42,702 nucleotides of DNA from a virus. A program made the translations under genes and the position numbers. The DNA lies in IMG/VR virus record IMGVR_UViG_3300045988_133767, positions 1-42,702 of that record; one strand, written 5' to 3'. A model generated the notes under the pieces. It was not told the origin of the DNA. It was given only the letters and a program-made list of their open reading frames with translations, and searched no databases. Numbering within the stretch: the first letter of the stretch is position 1; each line of letters opens with the position of its first letter. This document shows, piece after piece, positions 1 to 5,828 of the stretch.

Positions 1-467
1 AATTTGATGCTATGATGGATGCTATGGATGAAGCATTAGTGCCAGTAAGTGGAAGGGTTTTATATTGCGATACATATACAAAAACTTTAATTGACGATGC
101 TATAGCTATAGTTAGAAACAACGGAGATAAAAAACTAGCTAGAAATGTATCAAGAATAGAAGAAGTTGATATAGTTTCTGTACCAACAGCTCTTTTTAAA
201 ACAGAATATACATTTAATGATGGTAAAACATCTGGACAAACTGATGGAGGATTTGTAGCTAAATCAACTGCTAAAGATATAGCAATGATATTATTGCATC
301 CAAGTGCTATATTACCTATAGTTTCTTATTCATTCGCACAACTTCAACCACCAAGTGCATTATCACAAGGCAAATATGTATACTTTGAAGAATCATTCGA
401 AGATGTATTTATCTTAAATAAAAGAGTTGATGCGATACAAATATGTGTTAAAAAATCAGATGCTTAA
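1..467 (+). CDS. major capsid protein, C-terminal part (continues 42200..42702 across the circular junction)
   Basis: The frame starting at base 3 is open to the stop at 465-467. Bases 1-55 are identical to 42648-42702, so this ORF continues the ORF that starts at ATG 42200, giving about 304 aa in total. It lies directly after the scaffold gene. Confidence 0.8.
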   Translation, partial: FDAMMDAMDEALVPVSGRVLYCDTYTKTLIDDAIAIVRNNGDKKLARNVSRIEEVDIVSVPTALFKTEYTFNDGKTSGQTDGGFVAKSTAKDIAMILLHPSAILPIVSYSFAQLQPPSALSQGKYVYFEESFEDVFILNKRVDAIQICVKKSDA

Positions 468-479
468 TAGGTAATTTAA

Positions 480-800
480 ATGGATATTTCTAAGATAAAA
501 ATAAAATTAGGTTTGCAAGCCGATGATTCACAAGATGAATTGTTGGCTATTTTGTTATCAGACGCTATAAATTACATGAGTGTGTATATAGAAAGTTCTA
601 CAATCCCCACTGAGCTTGAATTTATAGCTGAGGAAGTAGCCATAAAAAGATACAGAAGATTAGGGAGTGAAGGGATATCTACAGAAAAAATAGATGTCCT
701 TTCGACTTCTTACAAGTCTGATGATTTTTATGAGTATAAACCACTGCTAAAACAATATAAGGCAAACAATACAAGAATAAAGAAGCTAAGGATGTTATAA
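480..800 (+). CDS. head-tail connector / DNA-packaging protein (gp6-like)
   Basis: 106 aa. The N-terminus (IKLGLQADDSQDELLAILLSDAINYMSVYI) is typical of gp6-like head-tail connector proteins. It follows the capsid gene. Confidence 0.7.
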   Translation: MDISKIKIKLGLQADDSQDELLAILLSDAINYMSVYIESSTIPTELEFIAEEVAIKRYRRLGSEGISTEKIDVLSTSYKSDDFYEYKPLLKQYKANNTRIKKLRML

Positions 801-1121
801 ATGGATTATAGAGATAGTGCAGTTATATATAAAAAAGAATTAATTGAAGATGGTTTAGGTGGCTATACTACAAAAGATGTAGGAATTAAAGAAATTAAAT
901 GCAAGGTAGCACCTTTTACTATTAGTGAAATTGATTCGGCTGGAAGGTTAGCGACTTATTCTAAAAATAAATTGTTTACACAAGAAAAGCTGGATAAATT
1001 ACTGGATCTTGATGAAGATTTTTATGTTTTATATGGAAATAAACATTATAAAAAAGAATCAGTTGCTGACTACAATAAATGCTACATGATTGTTATGGAG
1101 CGTGATGAAATTGGAAATTAA
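801..1121 (+). CDS. head closure / head-tail adaptor protein
   Basis: 106 aa. It is translationally coupled to the upstream gene (TAAATG). Its size and position fit the conserved head-tail joining module. Confidence 0.55.
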   Translation: MDYRDSAVIYKKELIEDGLGGYTTKDVGIKEIKCKVAPFTISEIDSAGRLATYSKNKLFTQEKLDKLLDLDEDFYVLYGNKHYKKESVADYNKCYMIVMERDEIGN

Positions 1122-1458
1122 AATAACCTCAGATGCTGAAAAAATACTAAAAAAATTCAATAACACTGCTACAGTTGAAAAAGATGTAAGCAAATTAGTA
1201 AAAGATACCTTGTATAATATCGAAAGAGATGCTAAAAAGAAATGCCCTGTTGATACTGGAAGGCTTAGAGGTTCTATAACTACTAATATAATTTCTACTT
1301 ATAGTGGTGAAGTAGGAACTAACGTTGAATATGCTGAGTATGTAGAATATGGTACTAGATATCAGTCAGCACAGCCTTATTTTGAGCCAGCAGTTGATGA
1401 AAATGAGGACAAATTTAATGATGCGCTTGATGAAATCATAGAAAGGTTATTAGAATAA
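1105..1458 (+). CDS. HK97 gp10-family tail/neck protein
   Basis: Contains the motif GRLRGSI...NVEYAEYVEYGT that is characteristic of the HK97 gp10 family. ATG 1105 is preceded by GGAG; the ORF track starts upstream at TTG 1090. Confidence 0.75.
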   Translation: MKLEIKITSDAEKILKKFNNTATVEKDVSKLVKDTLYNIERDAKKKCPVDTGRLRGSITTNIISTYSGEVGTNVEYAEYVEYGTRYQSAQPYFEPAVDENEDKFNDALDEIIERLLE

Positions 1459-1850
1459 TGATTTCTGTAGAGTTGCAAGAAAAGTTATATGCATTATTAA
1501 GTACATTGTCTTATCCTGTGCATGATGATGTACCTAAGAATGCTAAATGTCCTTATATTAAGCTTGGTACAAATAGAGGTAATGATAATTCTAACAAGAC
1601 TAATCGAGCTTACAAGGATTATCAATACATAGATGTTTTTTCAGAATACAGAGGCAAAAAAGAAGTAATGCAAATTATGAAACAAGTTAATGACTTGCTT
1701 CAAAACAAAACAATTACACTTGAAAATGAGCAAGCTTTCTTGTATTTAAATTCAAGTGAAATATTAGAGCAAAAAGATGCCGAGGGTAAATATTACCACG
1801 GCATTTTGATTTATAGAATAGAAACTCAAATGAAAGGAGTGATAGTATGA
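1458..1850 (+). CDS. tail completion / tail terminator-like protein
   Basis: 130 aa. Its start overlaps the upstream stop (TAATG). It sits between the gp10-like gene and the major tail gene. The call rests on synteny only. Confidence 0.5.
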   Translation: MISVELQEKLYALLSTLSYPVHDDVPKNAKCPYIKLGTNRGNDNSNKTNRAYKDYQYIDVFSEYRGKKEVMQIMKQVNDLLQNKTITLENEQAFLYLNSSEILEQKDAEGKYYHGILIYRIETQMKGVIV

Positions 1851-2287
1851 AACTAGACAACTTACAATTATTAGCTGTTGAAGGCGATACTGGAGAAGTT
1901 ATAAGAGGTTTAGATATAATTGTATCTGCTGGTGGTAAGGCTATAGGTGGCCAAAAGAACTGTAAAGTATCTATCAAAGCTGATTCCATAGATACATCTA
2001 CAAAAACATCAGGAGATTGGAAAAGAAAAATATCTGGAGCTAAAGAATGGTCAGCTGCTTGCGATGGATTTTATTATACTGGAGATGAAGGTTACGATGC
2101 TGCAGTTGATGCGGTATTAAGTTCTACTGCAGTTGATGTAGTGCTAGCTAATAAAACAAATACAGTAGGATTTAAGGGTAAAGCTTATATAGTAGGCTTG
2201 GATTTAGATGCACCTTATGATGATGCCCTTACATATGATTTAAGTTTCGATGGAAATGGCAAATTAGAAAAAGCTAGTGCTGTTTAG
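1847..2287 (+). CDS. major tail protein (TP901-1/phi13-like)
   Basis: 146 aa with the typical composition (TSTKTSGDWKRKISGAKEWSAACDG...SFDGNGKL). It lies immediately upstream of the chaperone pair and the tape measure gene. Confidence 0.75.
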   Translation: MKLDNLQLLAVEGDTGEVIRGLDIIVSAGGKAIGGQKNCKVSIKADSIDTSTKTSGDWKRKISGAKEWSAACDGFYYTGDEGYDAAVDAVLSSTAVDVVLANKTNTVGFKGKAYIVGLDLDAPYDDALTYDLSFDGNGKLEKASAV

Positions 2288-2296
2288 GAGGAATAC

Positions 2297-2632
2297 ATGG
2301 TACTAAATATAAACGATAAAGATTATGAATTAAAATATACAATAAATATACTTAGTAAAATGTCTGCTAATGGTTTAGATCCAATAAGAAATGCTGAGAA
2401 TGTTACAGGAACTATAGCTAATACAAGAAAAGCATTTTACTATGGATTAGTAGAAGAAAATAGCAAAATAACAGAGGTAACAGCTGGTAAATTAATGGAT
2501 GCTTATATAGCAGAAGGAAATGCAATATCAGATGTAATGAATATAATACAAGATGCTATATTTGAGTCACTGGGAATAGACACAAATGCTGAAACTGAAA
2601 ATAATACAGAAGAAAGTGAAGAGGGAAAGTAG
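2297..2632 (+). CDS. tail assembly chaperone (gpG-like)
   Basis: 111 aa with an acidic C-terminus. It lies between the major tail gene and the tape measure gene and ends 3 nt after a slippery heptamer. Confidence 0.8.
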   Translation: MVLNINDKDYELKYTINILSKMSANGLDPIRNAENVTGTIANTRKAFYYGLVEENSKITEVTAGKLMDAYIAEGNAISDVMNIIQDAIFESLGIDTNAETENNTEESEEGK

Positions 2633-2967
2633 AACTCAAAGAGCTAATTGAGAATCTATATAAAAAGTTAGTGGGTGGTATGAAAATGCCACCTTCTTCT
2701 TTTTGGCATCTAACTATACATGAAGCTAATTTAGCACTAGAAGGGCATAAAAAAGAACAACAAGAGCAATATAACTTAAGTCTATGTTGCTTACAAAATG
2801 CTTTAGGAATGGCATTTGGAGGGGATAAATTCAAGCCTATCAATCCTTTTGAGAGCGCTAAGAGTAAAAAAGAAGCTCATAAAGTAAGCAAGAAACAAAG
2901 AGAAGAAAACTTGACATATATAAATAATTTATTTGAAAAATTTGGAGGTGGTGAAAATAGCAACTAA
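2297..2967 (+). CDS. tail assembly chaperone frameshift fusion (gpGT-like; -1 shift at 2623-2629)
   Basis: The downstream ORF (track 2671..2967) is in the -1 frame and is open back to 2620, with no independent RBS or ATG near 2620. This is the canonical G/GT arrangement upstream of a tape measure gene. Confidence 0.7.
2623..2629 (+). promoter_or_regulatory. -1 programmed ribosomal frameshift slippery heptamer G_GGA_AAG
   Basis: The zero-frame codons are GAG GGA AAG TAG. The -1 frame is open from 2620 to 2967. The X_XXY_YYZ pattern is satisfied, and the heptamer is the same as the lambda G/GT site. Confidence 0.8.
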
Positions 2968-3655
2968 AGTTTTAAATGTAAAGATCAATGCTGATATAGC
3001 TTCCTTCAAAACAAAAATGCAAGATGCTAGAAAATCAATCCAGGATATGTCAGAAAGCATTAAAAAGGCGACTGGCAATAGTAAATTAAGTGATGCATTA
3101 GGAGCTTCTGACTTTGGCAAAAAGCTAGAAGAAGTTAAAACTAAAGCATCTAATTTAGGACAAGTATTTAAAGCATTACCTGGACCAGCAAAAGCACTTG
3201 TTGTTGTAACTGCAGTATTAACAGTTACTAAAAAGTTATATGATGCTGGAAAACAGAGGTTTTTTGATGGACTGAATAACATAAAAGATACAGTCTCCCC
3301 TGTGTTTCAAGGTATGCTCACCTCAATAAATGCAGTTAAAGATGCTTTTAGTGAGTTAACAGGATTTGATTTTAATCTTTCAAGTCTTATAACAACTGGA
3401 GCAAACTTTGAATCACAAATGAAAACAGTTGCTACAATAGCTGGAAGTGTAGGAACTGAATTTGACCAGTTAGTTGCAAAAGCTAGAGAATTAGGAGCTG
3501 CAACTACATTTAGCGCTAGTCAAGTGGGCCAAGCAATGCAATATATGGCCATGGCTGGTTGGTCAACTCAAGAAATGCTTGACGGAGTACAATCAACATT
3601 AAATTTAGCAAAAATAGGGGCTACAGATTTAGGAACAGCAAGTGACATTTTGACT
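2933..3655 (+). CDS. tail tape measure protein, exon 1
   Basis: The coiled-coil N-terminus is followed by the TMP core motif ...ATTFSASQVGQAMQYMAMAGWSTQEMLDGVQSTLNLAKIGATDLGTASDILT. Coding-like sequence stops at ACT 3653-3655. The exact start is uncertain (TTG 2933, or GTG 2948/2951 next to GGAGG 2944-2948). Confidence 0.8.
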
Positions 3656-3943
3656 AAAATATTGGTCGGTTTAGTAGAAATACTATTCAAAAAATATTCG
3701 GTGAATTGCTGGAAGGCTAAGTTAATATTTGTAATTTATGGTATTAATATGCTAATCAGCAACCAAGCCATGGAAAGCCGTAAAAGTACATGGAAGGTTC
3801 AGAGACTAGGAGAATGAATAGGCAAATAATAATTTCTCCCACGAGCGCCGAACACCTTACTATTAAGTTAAAGGTGATGATATAGTCCCATCCTCTTATG
3901 AAAGTAAGAGTTCTAGGATAAAGAGCCTAGATATAAGATAATG
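3656..3943 (+). mobile_element. group I intron 1 in the tape measure gene (ORF-less, 288 nt)
   Basis: The 5' exon ends in U. Exon TTGACT (3650-3655) can pair with GGTCGG (3664-3669) to form P1 with a U.G pair at the splice site. There is a GAAA-tetraloop hairpin TAGTA-GAAA-TACTA. The P7 candidate is GACTA (3804-3808) with TAGTC (3883-3887), set in a GATATAGTCC context. The intron ends in G at 3943, and exon 2 resumes in frame. Confidence 0.8.
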
Positions 3944-4141
3944 GATGATTTAACTGCACTTGGCATGCAAGCAAATCAAGCTGGCGACTTTGCAGATAAA
4001 TTAGCTGCAACTATTACTAGAAGTAATACCGATGTTGTTTTATTCGGTGAATCTATGAAACAAACAGGCGCTATCGCTGGAGCATTAGGTGCTTCTATGA
4101 CAGATTTATCAACTAGTATCGGTCTAATGGCAAATGCGGGT
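3944..4141 (+). CDS. tail tape measure protein, exon 2
   Basis: Encodes DDLTALGMQANQAGDFADKLAATITRSNTDVVLFGESMKQTGAIAGALGASMTDLSTSIGLMANAG, which continues the TMP core motif exactly. There is no RBS before the apparent ATG at 3941. Confidence 0.8.
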
Positions 4142-4402
4142 AGACATACATGCTCGGTTACTAAGAAATTAGTAGCATAAAATACAGGGTTAAAATTGGA
4201 AAGCTAAGTCGAAAGATATGCTAATCAATTACCACTTCTATTAGGGATAATAGAAAGGTTTAGAGACTAGATAAAGTAAACTAGAACAGTTGAAATATCC
4301 ACGAAATCCTGCACCTAAGTTTAGAAAATATGGTGAAGAGATAGTCCGATACTCTTAGGAAACTAGGAGAGATAAGGATAAAGAGCCTTATTGTAACAAT
4401 TG
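4142..4402 (+). mobile_element. group I intron 2 in the tape measure gene (ORF-less, 261 nt)
   Basis: The 5' exon ends in U (GGT). Exon CGGGT (4137-4141) pairs with GCTCG (4152-4156), giving a U.G at the splice site. The P7 candidate is GACTA (4265-4269) with TAGTC (4342-4346). There is a GAAA-loop hairpin CTCTTAG-GAAA-CTAGGAG. The shared 3' block GGATAAAGAGCCT is present, and the intron ends in G at 4402. Confidence 0.75.
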
Positions 4403-4447
4403 ATTAAAGGTTCAAAGGCAGGTATGTCTTTGAAGAATATGTTGGCT
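4403..4447 (+). CDS. tail tape measure protein, exon 3 (45-nt micro-exon)
   Basis: Encodes IKGSKAGMSLKNMLA. This is the conserved G-IKGS-AG-LK motif of TP901-type tape measure proteins, in frame with both flanking exons. Confidence 0.75.
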
Positions 4448-5828
4448 AGAATATTGGTCGGTTTAGTAGAAATACTATTCAAAAAAGATTCGGCAATATC
4501 GGTGAAGGCTAAGTTTATTAATAATTGTAAATATGTTATAATATTTTTAGGGATAGTTAAGGAAGTCGCGAGCCTTAATGACAAGAAAGTTATCCGAGCT
4601 TTCTTCCCTTGTTAAATAAATCGGAAAATAAAAATACTGTCGGAGGTGTTTTTTATTATGAAAAAAATATGTATTTGTTGTGGTTTAGAAAAGGATATAA
4701 CAGAATTTTCTTTTAGAAAAGATACTAATAAGTATAGAAATCAATGTAAAGATTGCAGAAAGCAACAGAAAGCTAAATACGATAAAGAATATAATACCAA
4801 AAACAAAGAACGTAGAAAACAATATAGAAAAGAAAATGAAGCTAAAATAAAAGAACATAATAAACAATATTATGAAAAACATAAAGAAGTTTTAAAGAAA
4901 AATACTTCTGAATATTACCACAACAACAAAGCAAAAGTTTTAGAAAAATGCAAAGAATATAGAGAAAATAATAAAGAAAAAATAAAAATATCACAAAAGA
5001 AATATCGTGAAAGCAATAAAGTGTATTTAAATGAAAAGAGTAAACAGTATTACGAAGAACATAAAGAAGTTTTAAATGAAAGAAGAAAAAATTATCGTAT
5101 AGAAAATAATTTAGAAGTACGTAAATTAGATTACGAATATAGATTAAAAAATAAACACAGATATAAATACACTTGTAAGAATTGTGGCAAAAGCTTCACG
5201 GATTTTAAATTAGGAAGAAAGTTTTGCTCAACTGAATGTTTTAACGAGTATAATCAAGGCAGTAATAATCCTAATTACAATGTGAATTTAACAGATGAAG
5301 AAAGAGCTGAAAATAGAGATACAAAAGAATATAAAGTATGGAGAAAAAAGATTTTTGAAAAATATAATTATACTTGCCAATGTTGTGGGCAACAAGGCGG
5401 AGATATAGTTGCTCATCATTTAGATTCTTTTGATAAGAACAAAGAAAGTAGGCTTGACATAGAAAACGGAATAGTTCTTTGCAAGAAACATCATAAAGAA
5501 TTTCATCATATCTACGGATATGGTAACAATACAAAAGAACAATATGAACAATTTATAAATGATAAGGTATCTAAATAAGATGCCTTTTTATTTTGCAATT
5601 ATTAATAGATACGTTAATACCGAGATAACTTTATAGATTACGAAAGGCTATAAAGTATCGTAGAGCGTAGAGGGTGAATAAATATAATCCCTCCAAGAGT
5701 GTCGAACATCTTAACAAGTAAAGTTGAAGATGAAAATGTACGCCAAACTGAGTTGGAATTGACCAACTGATGAAAATGAAGGAAACTTCCAGAGGTGAAG
5801 ATAAAAAGCTTCACGATAATAACTATTG
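4448..5828 (+). mobile_element. group I intron 3 in the tape measure gene, carrying an HNH homing endonuclease ORF (1381 nt)
   Basis: The 5' exon ends in U (GCT). Exon TTGGCT (4442-4447) pairs with GGTCGG (4456-4461). The first 39 nt of the intron are near-identical to the start of intron 1. The P7 candidate is GCGTA (5665-5669) with TACGC (5739-5743). The intron ends in G at 5828. An ORF with its own RBS occupies 4658-5578. Confidence 0.8.
4658..5578 (+). CDS. intron-encoded HNH homing endonuclease
   Basis: RBS GGAGGTG is followed 9 nt later by ATG 4658. The N-terminus is Cys-containing, followed by Lys-rich repeats (KxYYExHKEVL). There is a zinc-ribbon motif CKNCGK...FCSTEC. The C-terminal HNH motif is CQCCG...VAHHLDSF...NGIVLCKKHHKEFHH. 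Confidence 0.85.
   Translation: MKKICICCGLEKDITEFSFRKDTNKYRNQCKDCRKQQKAKYDKEYNTKNKERRKQYRKENEAKIKEHNKQYYEKHKEVLKKNTSEYYHNNKAKVLEKCKEYRENNKEKIKISQKKYRESNKVYLNEKSKQYYEEHKEVLNERRKNYRIENNLEVRKLDYEYRLKNKHRYKYTCKNCGKSFTDFKLGRKFCSTECFNEYNQGSNNPNYNVNLTDEERAENRDTKEYKVWRKKIFEKYNYTCQCCGQQGGDIVAHHLDSFDKNKESRLDIENGIVLCKKHHKEFHHIYGYGNNTKEQYEQFINDKVSK

Noticed and set aside
3656-3817. The C-terminal extension of ORF 2933..3817 (…KILVGLVEILFKKYSVNCWKAKLIF…), and the similar peptide in ORF 4400..4615, considered as real protein sequence or a protein repeat.
   Set aside because: The shared peptide is the translation of the 37-nt segment common to introns 1 and 3. TMP homology stops exactly at 3655 and at 4447. 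The extensions end in stops inside ribozyme-like sequence.
3656-5828. The interruptions of the tape measure gene considered as inteins, or as decay into a pseudogene.
   Set aside because: The insertions contain in-frame stop codons and lack intein motifs. The flanking exon ends join precisely and in frame into a conserved motif, which is not expected for random decay.
4448-5828. An IStron-like element (group I intron plus IS transposase, as in Clostridioides difficile).
   Set aside because: The embedded ORF is an HNH endonuclease, not an IS200/IS605-type transposase. No IS ends were seen.
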